Shown here piece after piece: positions 32,515-43,190 of a DNA stretch of 64,000 nt. The translations under genes were made by a program, and so were the position numbers. The notes below the pieces were generated by a model that saw nothing but the letters and a program-made list of their open reading frames with translations, was not told where the DNA came from and did not search any database. The first letter of the stretch is position 1. Each line of letters starts with the position of its first letter. Source of the DNA: Nitrososphaeria archaeon. Its GTDB lineage: Archaea; Thermoproteota; Nitrososphaeria; JACIWG01. The stretch lies in assembly GCA_963752255.1 (NCBI GenBank), contig CAVVXT010000012.1:64001-128000 (forward strand), given 5' to 3'.

Positions 32515-33975
32515 CTATACGCTATAATCTTCATCTATATCCTCAACTTGTGTAGGTTGAGATTTCGGGGTTCTCTTTATGAAGGCATAATATGATTTGA
32601 GGGCATCTTTAAAAGTCCATGGTTCAGTGAGATAGTATATGAATGCTGCTGCCAAAACATAGACCATAGGTGACAGCGTGATTACATAGAAGCTGTACTG
32701 GGTCTTATTGCCGAGGAAGTACACCCCAACATATCCTAAGAATCCTGCGAGGAACCACAGCGTTGGGACCAAGTATTTTTTATTTACTTTAAAGTAGATG
32801 TATGGAATAAACACCAGCATTACTAAGGCTATGATATAAATTGCAGGGTCGACTTTTGCTATAACATCCGGTTTGAAGTTAAGAGCAAATGGGTTCTGAT
32901 TATAGAACCACCCCCAAGGAGTGGAAACAGGTGGACCTGTGGGCCTATTTGTAATATGCCATTTTAATCCACCTTCAACTTGGCTGACCCAGTTTTGTAC
33001 ACCGTAATGTATGATAAGAGGAATGTTGACGGAAATCCATATAACTGGAGAGACGATCAGCGGGTATACGAAAGATTTTATAACATTGAACCTAATGACT
33101 AGCATGTAGATAAGAAGTGCTACGACTGGAAAGACGCCAGTTAGTTTAGCTGAAGCTGAAAGACCTAACGATACCGCTGAGAGGAAATAATTATTCCTTA
33201 ACGCCAACCACGCCGATAATGTTAGAAAGAAGGCTGCGTAAATGTCCAACATAGCTACAGAGGACATGGCCATGAAAATTGAATCAACGAAGGCGAAGAG
33301 GAACACCAAAAAGACGATAAAGTAGTTGTTTGTGAGTTCAGTTACTATCAGGCATATGAGAACCAGTATGAGTGTTCCCAATATTATGCTAGGAATTCTC
33401 CACGAAATAGGTTTATCTCCTAAGAGCAACATAGAAAAGCCAATGATAAACTTTGCAATGGGAGGATGTTCTGTGTTCATATAGTTTTCAATCCCACTAA
33501 TATCGGGATACTTATAACCCGCTTGAATAAGCTCAATTCCTTGAATACTGTCTTTTATGGCCTGCTCGTTCAGTGGCTTCTGCGTCATTACTGTGACACA
33601 GTATGTATTGTTGTACGTGGTGGGCAATATGTATCCTCCGTACTGGGCGTTGAGAGTATCGTTAAGACTTGGTATCATATCGTCACGAACACTAGCAGTA
33701 TAGAAGAATATCGAGTAATGGTAATAGCCATCAGGTGAAATATAAGATGGCTGTACGTTGAACAATTCTCTTAGAATATTCCTTGATGAACTGGCGTACC
33801 AGCATTCGTCAGATACGTATCCTAGAGTGCCCTGCATGTTATTTGCAAGCGTGAAAGATTCATATGCAAAGGCTATTGTTAGAATAATCATCAACACAAT
33901 CAGCATCTTTCGAGCCCTCTTAGATGAGAGCTTATCAATCTTAGATGAGAGCTTATCGAATATGTCCAAATGCAT
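32515..33975 (-). CDS. GT39/PMT-family dolichyl-phosphate-mannose:protein mannosyltransferase-like protein
   Basis: YVSDECWY (DE motif), NTEHPPIAKFII, WRIPS, many TM helices. Confidence 0.82.
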   Translation of the reverse strand: MHLDIFDKLSSKIDKLSSKRARKMLIVLMIILTIAFAYESFTLANNMQGTLGYVSDECWYASSSRNILRELFNVQPSYISPDGYYHYSIFFYTASVRDDMIPSLNDTLNAQYGGYILPTTYNNTYCVTVMTQKPLNEQAIKDSIQGIELIQAGYKYPDISGIENYMNTEHPPIAKFIIGFSMLLLGDKPISWRIPSIILGTLILVLICLIVTELTNNYFIVFLVFLFAFVDSIFMAMSSVAMLDIYAAFFLTLSAWLALRNNYFLSAVSLGLSASAKLTGVFPVVALLIYMLVIRFNVIKSFVYPLIVSPVIWISVNIPLIIHYGVQNWVSQVEGGLKWHITNRPTGPPVSTPWGWFYNQNPFALNFKPDVIAKVDPAIYIIALVMLVFIPYIYFKVNKKYLVPTLWFLAGFLGYVGVYFLGNKTQYSFYVITLSPMVYVLAAAFIYYLTEPWTFKDALKSYYAFIKRTPKSQPTQVEDIDEDYSV

Positions 33976-33982
33976 AGTTAAC

Positions 33983-35029
33983 CTACCTCCAAATCACCAT
34001 CTCACTAAAGAAGTAATTCGCTGCAAAACCGAGTAGGATACCAACCCCATCAGCGACCATATAGTTTATTGCTAGATATAAAAGGAGAGCATATACGACG
34101 TAGTTAATAAGAGGACCTAATGCGGAAACATGACATTTTATAAGCCTGTACAAGAACCGCCCACTTCTCCTGTCCTTAAAAGTCCAAAAATCGTTTAATA
34201 AAAAGTTACTGAGGATAGAAGCCTCAATTGATAGAACACCCGCTAAGAGACCTGAAAGATTGACGGCCGAAACAAACAGCCAGAGCACACCTAAGTTAAC
34301 GAAAACCCCTGAAACACCAACTGCTACAAATTTGAATGTTCTAAAGTCAGAAAGCGTAACCAGCTGTTTTATGTAATCGAGAATTTCGTTTGTATTCATC
34401 TTGCTCTCTCCGGTCAACCGAGGTTTAAACGTGTATGGGATTTCAGCCACCGTGTTGTATTTGCCTTTAACAAGTATTTCTATCAAAAGTTTGAACCCTC
34501 TAGTATTAAGTCCAACGTTTTCGATGACGTTCTTTCTAAAGATAAAATAACCTGACTGTGTATCTTTTACATTTCTAGTCTTCTTTAAAAGCAGATGCGA
34601 AAGCCATAGTGCACCTTTAGATACGATTCTTCTAACAAATGACCAGCCCTCGATCCCTCCACCTTCGATGTATCTTGAGGCAATCACTATATCAGTACCG
34701 CTTTCTGCTTTCACAAACATGCTTCTCAAGAGCTCTGGAGGATGCTGGAGATCCGCGTCAATAACGCTTACAAAGTCACCTTCGGACACCCTAACACCGT
34801 CTAAAATAGCCGTTCCAAGACCCATCTTACGTTCCCTATGTACAACCTTAACTTTTTGATGCCTTGAAGCTATTTGGTCCGCAAGCTTCCCAGTGCCATC
34901 GGGGCTGTTATCGTCCACTATAATTAACTCGAAGTCCAACCCATCTAGTGAAGCAAAAACCTTACTTACGAGGTTCTCGAGGCTCTCCTTTTCATTATAT
35001 GTTGGCACTATTATAGAAAGCTTACTCAC
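33983..35029 (-). CDS. Dolichol-phosphate mannosyltransferase (GT2) fused to a GtrA membrane domain
   Basis: PTYNE, VDDNSPDGT, DADLQHPPE, ASRY, GESK, and C-terminal GtrA (NFLLNDFWTF). Confidence 0.9.
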   Translation of the reverse strand: MSKLSIIVPTYNEKESLENLVSKVFASLDGLDFELIIVDDNSPDGTGKLADQIASRHQKVKVVHRERKMGLGTAILDGVRVSEGDFVSVIDADLQHPPELLRSMFVKAESGTDIVIASRYIEGGGIEGWSFVRRIVSKGALWLSHLLLKKTRNVKDTQSGYFIFRKNVIENVGLNTRGFKLLIEILVKGKYNTVAEIPYTFKPRLTGESKMNTNEILDYIKQLVTLSDFRTFKFVAVGVSGVFVNLGVLWLFVSAVNLSGLLAGVLSIEASILSNFLLNDFWTFKDRRSGRFLYRLIKCHVSALGPLINYVVYALLLYLAINYMVADGVGILLGFAANYFFSEMVIWR

Positions 35030-35268
35030 GCTTTTTAAGGGAGGCTTTTTGACGAATATAAAAGTTTAATTGCTAATGTAATAGTTAATATTTATTTAAA
35101 AACTTAGAGATTTATTTACAGAATTTTGACACCAATTCTATGGAACCAGATCATTAATATAGCAGTGGACGTACGGAACCTAATCAAGGTCCTACTGAAA
35201 CATGAAATAAGCGGGTTCTATGTCCACATGTAAGCTATCTTTAGTAGAAGGTCGCATTCCGCTCTTTT

Positions 35269-35583
35269 TCAATTTAGCTCCTTTAGCTCAAAAGTGAACC
35301 TTGCCCCTTGAAATTCGCCTGTGCCAACTCTTTCCCACTTAATGTCAAACGATTTTTTTGTCTTCAGTGATATTACTTGAGCGTGGGTTGGCATCTTATT
35401 AAACATCGATTCAACTTTAGTATGGTCTCTTGTAAAAAGTAGACTCCTTCTTCTTTTCATTAGATACTTTATCAAAGCTTTATGTGGCTCATATCCCTCG
35501 ACTTCAACCTTTTCTATGCCAAAATCTAACACAAAATGCCTTTTCCCTTTGGAAGGTTCTTTTTCTGGTTCAAAAGCACTCAA
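35269..35583 (-). CDS. Hypothetical protein
   Basis: 104-aa ORF with GGT/GTGA SD-like motif upstream. Confidence 0.55.
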   Translation of the reverse strand: MSAFEPEKEPSKGKRHFVLDFGIEKVEVEGYEPHKALIKYLMKRRRSLLFTRDHTKVESMFNKMPTHAQVISLKTKKSFDIKWERVGTGEFQGARFTFELKELN

Positions 35584-35664
35584 ATCACTTACCTCAGATA
35601 ACCTATCCTAATCTGGAATATATTTTTTACTTGTTAAAAGCTACTCTTCTTGGAAGCTTATATA

Positions 35665-35853
35665 TCACAAGTAGACATAAGTAAGAGAGCAATTAAGAAA
35701 GAGGTTGAACCAATAAAGAAGTCTCGCCAACGTTATAACCAGACCACTTATGAGAACGTCTATAGAAAGAATATCATGAAGGTAAAGTGGGACCAGAGTG
35801 GTAGAGAGGATGAAGCCAAAGTTAAGTAGGCCTGCTGTAAAAAAATAAGACAA
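35665..35853 (-). pseudogene. Possible MFS transporter N-terminal remnant
   Basis: 'LNFGFILSTTLVPLYLHDILSIDVLISGLVITLARL' resembles MFS TM1-2, then ends. Confidence 0.4.
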
Positions 35854-35885
35854 GCGTTATAAATAGCTAGATAGGTTAAGCATAT

Positions 35886-36593
35886 ATGGAATACCCCCTT
35901 ATCAGCTTTATAATTCCTGCACTTAATGAGGAAAACTATATCGGCTTGACTTTGGCTTCAATACAAAAACAGGATTACAAGGGGAATTTTGAGATAGTTG
36001 TAGCAGATGGCATGAGTAAGGACCGCACGATTGATGTGTCAAAGAAATATACTGAAAGAATAGTAACCGTTAACCGTAAAGGAGTGTCCGCTGGAAGGAA
36101 TGAAGGAGCGAAGGCGGCCAAGGGGGGCATATACGTCTTCCTCGACGCAGACACCATCGCATGCCGGAACCTCTTAACCAACATCGCCAAGCATTTTAAT
36201 AATAAGCAAGTTCTTGCTGGCACACCTAGGATACTTACAACCGAATACGGTAAGAATTTCATATTATATACTGCAGCAAATGAGATTGGAATAAGTACAT
36301 TATTCAAAATAAAGAGACCAATATTACCTGCTGTTTGCATGGCTTGCAGGAAAGAAGCTTTTTGGCAGGTTGGAGGATACAATGAAGAACTTAAAGTTGC
36401 TGAAGATGTGGAGTTCTCTTCGAAGATTAGAAAATTACACGGCAAATTCGTTTACATGCGAAACGCGTACGTTTATACTTCACCTCGAAGGTTAAATAGT
36501 TGGGGTGTAGTTAAGCAACTGAGGGCCTGGCCCTTCGGATACATCTACATCAGATTAAGGAATAAGCAGCCAAGGTATGAACCGATAAGATGA
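35886..36593 (+). CDS. Glycosyltransferase family 2
   Basis: IIPALNEE, DGMSKDRT, RNEGA, FLDAD, EDVE and TSPRR motifs. Confidence 0.9.
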   Translation: MEYPLISFIIPALNEENYIGLTLASIQKQDYKGNFEIVVADGMSKDRTIDVSKKYTERIVTVNRKGVSAGRNEGAKAAKGGIYVFLDADTIACRNLLTNIAKHFNNKQVLAGTPRILTTEYGKNFILYTAANEIGISTLFKIKRPILPAVCMACRKEAFWQVGGYNEELKVAEDVEFSSKIRKLHGKFVYMRNAYVYTSPRRLNSWGVVKQLRAWPFGYIYIRLRNKQPRYEPIR

Positions 36594-36794
36594 GAAAGTT
36601 CTATTTTAAGATTAATTGTGCGTCTGATTACATACTCAATGAAAACCTAACGATTTCAGCCAAATAACTAACGTATCAACCACCTATGGAATATGACCTT
36701 CTTTTAAGGTCTAAGAGACATTTATTTCCATTAAATGATAAAGATAAAGTTGAACAGCTTTGATTAACAAGCTTTTCTCATGATAAATGGAGTC

Positions 36795-37015
36795 TTCTAT
36801 TTTAAAGCCAGGGCTTCTCCTCTTTCCACATTTTTAATAAATACTGGACCGCCCAGTGGGTTCGTTAATGAAGGGCTTTTATTTCAAAGGTTAACCATCG
36901 GATCCTTTATTGGAAGATCACTTAATTTTCTGACTTGGCTGCATGTTGCATTTCAAGTCTTACAAAATCTTCTCCTGGCTCAAGAAATCGGGTTAGGGAT
37001 ACGGTAGTCAAAAAG
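36795..37015 (-). pseudogene. Decayed acetamidase/formamidase-family gene fragment
   Basis: Manual minus-strand translation: FLEPGEDFV... and *NKSPSLTNPLGGPVFIKNVERGEALALK*, matching the family 'NPxTGPIYxxGAEPGD' motif, with stops and frameshifts. Confidence 0.5.
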
Positions 37016-37512
37016 ATAGTTTATGACATCCTTGTGAAAAAATCGTTTCAATAATAAATCAACATATTAAATTATTATCTTGGATTTTAATTATATTTTA
37101 TTATATCAAGTAGCTGAGCCTATTCCACTTAACCCGAATTTATTTTGGACCGTAAACAAGTAAGCAATTTCTTTTAAAATTCAACCTTATTATTAATATT
37201 TCTAACCCCAACGAGCTTTGTCATTTAAGAAAGATTTTGTAAACGAGCAGCAAGAATCCTTTGACTTTAAAACTCTAACTTGCAGCTCATGAATCGATCT
37301 AATTTATTGAAGTGGAACGAACATACTTTGCCCTCAATCTTCGTTAAAACTATAATATAATCTGATCTTTTAGCGCTATCAAAGATGTTTTTCGAATTAA
37401 AAGGATGCAGGGTTATCCAAGCTCTCTGATTCTAATTGAACTTGGAAAAAGCGTTATAGGGATGGAGAAAAATAAATAAGACAGTAGAACAGTTTTCCCG
37501 AAAGTGTGCTGA

Positions 37513-39648
37513 TTGATGGCTGAAGAGCAACATATTATTATGAAAGTCGAAGACTTGTCTTCCACTATATTAAGCTTAGATCACGTGGACCATGTTATTC
37601 AAACAGCTTTTAAGGGTCACGTGAAGCTTGCTTCAGATCATATTTTAAACAGAGGGATGATAGGATGTCTTGAAAAAACCGTTGGAAGCATAACGCGAAA
37701 GTTGAATTTAAAATTCTATGAAAGTAGATACCTTCCCTTACAGGAATCGATTATCGTTCGGACCAAATCTTATGCTACACTTTTAAATATAGCATTAAAT
37801 TTTTTTGGTTTTGAGCGTGTACTAATAGGGTTTTCAGAAGATGAAACAGAGAGTGCTATTAACTATGTAAGAAGAACTTTAGGTGAGTGGGAAGAATATG
37901 AAAAGAAATATTTTGCGACTACGATCGCAAAGGATGTCGTCGACGATTTTATTGCTGAAATGAAGATACCGATGTCCAAGAACTATAAACCACCCGGGTC
38001 GATGACCTCGAAGATAGGTGAAACCGTAGAAGGAAAGCTTAGGGCGGATGAGAGGATGTTGAGCTTTCTGGAGGCGGTAAAAGAAGAAGTTCAAGAAAAT
38101 ATATACTATCGCTTAAGTGTTAAGAAGAACAGGTTCGGCAACGATTATGCTCTTGGTTTGAGGTGGCTGAGGCATTTGGGTTACGTTCAGGTTTCAACAA
38201 ACCCAGTTCTAGCCGCCGCAGCATATGTAGATGATCCCTCTCTATGGGATGGCTTTAAAGGTGAAAGCTTCTGCCAGGATTTCAAAACGGTAGCAAAGGA
38301 GAACAGAAAATGGTTAGATGAACCAGAAGCGTTCGCCGACGAAATTGCAATGAAGGCCACCGAGATATCCGTCTTTCCTAACCTAGGCAGTGTTCAGGCC
38401 TATCGCTATATCCTCAAACTTTGTAAACGGCATGGTTAGCTATCAGCTCAGCCCGAATGTTAGTGGAAGCAGTGAAGAGAGTATTAAGGACGCTTTACAG
38501 ATATATTCTGATGCCTCTAATTTTCTCAGAAAATATGACGAATATCTTCTGTGGGGATATAATGATTTCGACATTGAAAAGATGCGACCAAATATTGTGT
38601 TCAAGGTCGCAGGAAACAATTCTTCTTCTATTGATACAACACACGATTTAGAGAGTTTGGGAATAGGCACGAACAACACCGAAACTTATACTGTCTCGCA
38701 GGAGACAACTCTAATAATTTCTAAAATAGAGGGTAGAGCGAAAGCTGTCAAAAAAGGGATTCATGTCGGAACATCTTATGAAACTACTATGTGTGGACGA
38801 CTCAACGACTATTTGCGTGAAAAGCAGGCTAAAATAATGTTGGAAATGATTTATAACAAGAACAAAGACCTTTCTGCTATAACATTACTAGCCAAAGATC
38901 TTGGTGTACAGGATGCAGGTGCTCTGTCTATCGAAAAGCTATTCGAGATATCTAGCGATCGTAGTTATCTTAGCTCATTAACGATTAAACCTTTCGTAAA
39001 ACTTGTTATGGACGCAGATATGTTCGGAGGAACGAAGGAAGAAGTGCAGGCATACTTATCAAGGTTGGAAGACGATATCTGTAAATGTGGAATAGCCGTT
39101 ACGCAAAGGATTTATGAAGTCTTCTTTGTTCCGGAGAATAGGTCTAAATGGCTGAATCATATCAGAGCCAGATTCGAGCTGAATGAAGAGCAGGCGGAGG
39201 AAGTTATAGCGTTCATAGACATGCTTCCCGCTTCGAAGAGAAAACCTGAGAGACATTTTTGACCCTCGCATCAAGTAACATGACTAATACAGAATTTCCG
39301 AACCATCAGACAAACGTCTTGAACGAGAGTAGGAAACCAAGTTTCAATTTAGAAGAATATCTGGATGCTGTTGTGAACAAGGTAGTTGGAGCTGAAACAA
39401 TGCAAAGACTTTCTGAAGAATATGACATAAGGGATGAATGCAGAAAAGCTTTACAACTTACACCTGCTATTTTAGGAAAGCTGAAAGATGTTGGGGTAAA
39501 CGTGAAATTCGGAGAACATGGACTGACACCTGAGGAATGGCCTAATTTTGGGGCTGTAATAAAAACTAAGAGCGAATTCGCAAAAGCTTATAATAATTTC
39601 AGGCAAGAAGCGGTTAGCTTTGTCAAAAAAACAAAAAACAGTTTATAG
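37513..39648 (+). CDS. Large (~710 aa) transaldolase-family protein, split by 2 apparent indels
   Basis: VSTNPVL, VSYQLSP, NIVFKVAG (Schiff-base Lys), TNNTETYTVSQ and MCGRL across ORFs 37513-38439, 38390-39262 and 39259-39648. Confidence 0.75.
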
Positions 39649-39708
39649 CAAATAAATTGATTGACAGCAATAAAAAAAGTGGGAAGAACAGTATCTTTAA
39701 AAGGAAAT

Positions 39709-40713
39709 CTATCTGATAGGATTGTCCTTTATCTTTTGAACCAGCAAGATGTCATAATTTGAGTTTAGGTATTCGTCTAGTTGTTCAAGCGCGTCAAATT
39801 CTTCCTTGGTTTTTTGGGCGGAGCTTTCAAAATTATAAAATCTGCCACAGATTTTGCATTCCGTCTTAGTTAAAAGAACTATGTTACCTTTAATCCTGTT
39901 AAGCATTATATCCGATCTTATTAACTTGAGAGATGCACCACACCCACATCTTTGTCGAAGAGCGTTTTTTAACGCCTTCCTTCTCTCGTGAGCACCGCGC
40001 TCAGTAGATCTTAACAGCTCACTTCTATAAGCCCTGTATTGGGGGTCATCCGATATTGTCGGAAATGATTGTTCGAGGTTATCTAGTGTTGTCATAATGT
40101 TATATGTGTCATCCTCATAGATTTTCGGTTTCAATAGATCGTCGGTTTGGAATTTCTGAATTGCCCACGCAGGAACATCATAGTCTAGAAGTTTCTCGAA
40201 ATAGGTTAAGAGCTCCCACAGGGCGCGCCCTACGTCTTTTTCAGCTCTACCCTTTAGTTTTGAGGTTGGCGGAAGGTTGACTGCGATGTCGCACAATAAA
40301 ACGTTGAAAATGTGATCAAGGAAGTCTTCTCTTCCACTATAAAAGCTGCACCAGAATACATAGTACACGTGATCGATAAGTTTTCCGACGGACTTGACAT
40401 ATCTTTTAGAACAAAGAGAAAAATTTGGAGCGTTACGTCTACAGTTCGCATAAAAATGGTCGAATATTACTTCTGATGCTTTATTCAAATAATATTTTGA
40501 CGAGGATAAAAGTTGCTCATATAATCTTTCATCGCAATCGTGTAGATCATTTAGCCAAGAGATAAAGTAAGATGATGAATGACAAATGCTATCAACATTA
40601 GATTTTGTGGGTTTTAGTGTAAGATAATATGCTAGGCTGTTCTTCCACCTTTCACATCCTCTTATTAGCCTCTTTTGCTCATCAGACATTATTTTTTTAT
40701 CGCAAGCCAGCAA
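39709..40713 (-). CDS. Hypothetical protein with C-terminal Zn-ribbon-like CxC...CxxC
   Basis: 334-aa ORF, RCGCG and ECKICG. Confidence 0.6.
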   Translation of the reverse strand: MLACDKKIMSDEQKRLIRGCERWKNSLAYYLTLKPTKSNVDSICHSSSYFISWLNDLHDCDERLYEQLLSSSKYYLNKASEVIFDHFYANCRRNAPNFSLCSKRYVKSVGKLIDHVYYVFWCSFYSGREDFLDHIFNVLLCDIAVNLPPTSKLKGRAEKDVGRALWELLTYFEKLLDYDVPAWAIQKFQTDDLLKPKIYEDDTYNIMTTLDNLEQSFPTISDDPQYRAYRSELLRSTERGAHERRKALKNALRQRCGCGASLKLIRSDIMLNRIKGNIVLLTKTECKICGRFYNFESSAQKTKEEFDALEQLDEYLNSNYDILLVQKIKDNPIR

Positions 40714-41162
40714 CTAAGCGAGCTTTAATAAACTTTTTGAAAACAGAAATAAAAAGATATACTTTCGATCGTAAAGGATCTACATTTAGGTGGGACGGAT
40801 ACGCCCGGAATGATAAACTTGAACTATATTAGCCACCTCTGCTCAAGAGTTGGGGTTTTTGTAAAGTTATGCTTTCTAACGTAGACAAGTGTATCAGCAT
40901 AATCCCTACATACAAAGTAACCTCTGACGGAGTCGAAGAAGTCAAGGACAAGATGCTTAAGATAAAAGAGAAGATAGTGAAGTATCTAAAAACTCTCAGA
41001 TGGAGGTTGGGAGCAATAATTGGAGAGAGAATGGCCTAGCACAATGTAATTGAAGAACAAGGGTTAACCAAAGCCATAGATGAAGAATGATACAGAGATC
41101 ATACCTGGAATTAAATTAATTTATCCAACCCCAAATTTTTATGCTTTAATAAAGAGACATGT

Positions 41163-41516
41163 TTAGAATTTGGAGAGAATTCTATATTTCATAATATCCG
41201 GGTCAGTGGAAAGAGCAGCTTCAAGAGAATTTGAATTAATTAGTCCAACAAGTATATCAGGTTCGGGTCTAGTGAATGTCGCTCTAAAACCGTTTCGAGT
41301 AGTTAATTTGTTCAAAGCTATAAGAGCCTTTACCGATTCATTAAGCTCTTCTTTACTAAAGGCGACAGGCCTCCCCAAAGTATGCCTAAAAGAATTAAGT
41401 TCCGACGATAATTCGCTGAACCAGAGATTTCCTAATTGTAAGCTGAGGACTCTAACTACATCACTCATAAGAAGCTCTTTATTATCTTTAGGCGCATTTA
41501 AAAAGGAAAAAGACAT
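41163..41516 (-). CDS. Hypothetical protein (possible winged helix)
   Basis: 117-aa ORF with TATA-like TTTATA upstream. Confidence 0.5.
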   Translation of the reverse strand: MSFSFLNAPKDNKELLMSDVVRVLSLQLGNLWFSELSSELNSFRHTLGRPVAFSKEELNESVKALIALNKLTTRNGFRATFTRPEPDILVGLINSNSLEAALSTDPDIMKYRILSKF

Positions 41517-41930
41517 AACGATACATACAAAGAAAGTGTTCTATAAACTTTAGGAAAAAATCGTATTCGATAAAGGTATTCATACTCGATTAATTAATGC
41601 TCTTTGATTATATTGAAATAAAAACCATCGTTAAAACTAATTCTGTTACCGATGTACTAATGTGACCATTGTAAACTGTTAAAAAAAATGGTGCATAGTT
41701 CAAACTGATATCGCAGAGGAACTCTATCAAATGCGTTTAAGGCTACCAATTGATCCCTTCTAGAATAACATCAAACTCCTTCTTAAGCTTGAACATACTA
41801 TAGAATCCAACTTTCATCTACTTTAGACTAAATTCGCATATCAAATCAAATGGGGAAGTTTCCAACAAAAAACGTGAGTTCAGGGTTTGGTCAGGCGTCT
41901 GCACTCTATAATCTTTGGAAATATACCGGA

Positions 41931-43061
41931 TTACGATTTATGCAATGGATATTTACCGTATTTTCTTGCCTCATCGACCATAGTGTATATGTTTTCTACC
42001 TTAACGTTCGCATGAAGCGAATTGCTCGATGTCAGGACGTAGCCGCCTCCCTTCGCTGCTTCATCTATACATCTTCTAACGTCCTTTCTAACCGCTTCCT
42101 CATTCCCAAATGGTAGAACATTCCTACAGTCAACGTTTCCGGCGAGACAAATTCTGCTTCCATATCTTTCTTTTACATCTTTCAAGCTCATCACCCCCGG
42201 CTCAATAGGATGGAGACCTGTTATTCCCGTATTAACGATGTCATCAAGAATTGGGTATAGATTTCCATCCGAATGCTTCATCAAGGGTATACCATGTTTC
42301 TTAGCGATATTTACTATCTCTTTCAGCTTTGGGAGTTCATATTCTCTGAAAAGTCTAGGGTTCATCATTGGAGCTTTATTATCTGCGTAATCGTCTGTAA
42401 CAAATAAAACATCGATACCGGCTTCGATAAGGGATTCGGCAAACCCTTGACAGGTCTTTGAAATCTTGTCAAATAGCTTGCGGGCGAAGCTCGGGTTCTT
42501 GTAAAAGTCTATTGAAAGTTTGTCAATACCACCTCTAACTTGGAAAGCCATATGCCATCCGCTGTGGCATTGAGCCATTATTACAATATCCTCTCCCTTT
42601 ATCCTTCTTATCGTTTTCTGCATCATTTCTACGATGTCGGGATGGAAAGGATCTGGCGCTTGGTAAATATCTAGATCTTCTGGAGAATTTATTGTACCTC
42701 CTACAAAGTATGTAGTTTTGGATCGCTGATCCGTCTGCATTATTCTACCCCAGTGGTCTATGTACCTCTTCTCGTCGATATACTTGGGTTTATAGTCCTT
42801 GGTTGTCAGTGAATAGTCTGACATTGCCGCAACCGCGTCGAAGTCGATCTTCTTGCATGCTTCAAACATAGAAAGTCTATAGTCTATAGACGACTGCCAG
42901 CTGTCGCTCCCCCCAGCCATACTTAATACTGGTCCAAGCTTCTTTCCCAAAATTGCTTCAACAATGGGGGGATCTAGAGCTAAATCTGTTATCGGCACGC
43001 AATCTGGTTCCTTCAAATCAAGTGCTGTGAAGAATCGTTCCCGATGGTTCATACGATTCAT
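41931..43061 (-). CDS. MtaA/CmuA-like methylcobamide methyltransferase (URO-D superfamily)
   Basis: MNHRERF, PDCVP, TDDY, KHSDGN, HPIEP, GNVDC, GGGYVL.SSNS. Adjacent to corrinoid genes. Confidence 0.8.
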   Translation of the reverse strand: MNRMNHRERFFTALDLKEPDCVPITDLALDPPIVEAILGKKLGPVLSMAGGSDSWQSSIDYRLSMFEACKKIDFDAVAAMSDYSLTTKDYKPKYIDEKRYIDHWGRIMQTDQRSKTTYFVGGTINSPEDLDIYQAPDPFHPDIVEMMQKTIRRIKGEDIVIMAQCHSGWHMAFQVRGGIDKLSIDFYKNPSFARKLFDKISKTCQGFAESLIEAGIDVLFVTDDYADNKAPMMNPRLFREYELPKLKEIVNIAKKHGIPLMKHSDGNLYPILDDIVNTGITGLHPIEPGVMSLKDVKERYGSRICLAGNVDCRNVLPFGNEEAVRKDVRRCIDEAAKGGGYVLTSSNSLHANVKVENIYTMVDEARKYGKYPLHKS

Positions 43062-43143
43062 CTACTGATGCCTTGCAATTATTCTTATAAGCTTTTAACT
43101 AATCATTAAGCTGATTCTGAACGTTGTTTGAGTGTTGATCTCA

Positions 43144-43158
43144 GCGAAACTTATAAAT
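43144..43158 (+). promoter_or_regulatory. BRE-TATA promoter for the RACE/thyA-like unit
   Basis: gcgaaac-TTATAAAT about 33-40 nt upstream of ATG 43191. Confidence 0.55.
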
Positions 43159-43190
43159 GAAAGCTTTTTAATGAAAAGTGAGCTTTAGAG

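Noticed and set aside
41845-41910. GGGAAG...GTCAGG..TCTGC as a cobalamin riboswitch near the corrinoid genes
   Set aside because: The core B12-box and upstream conserved elements are missing, and it lies downstream of, not 5' to, the adjacent gene.
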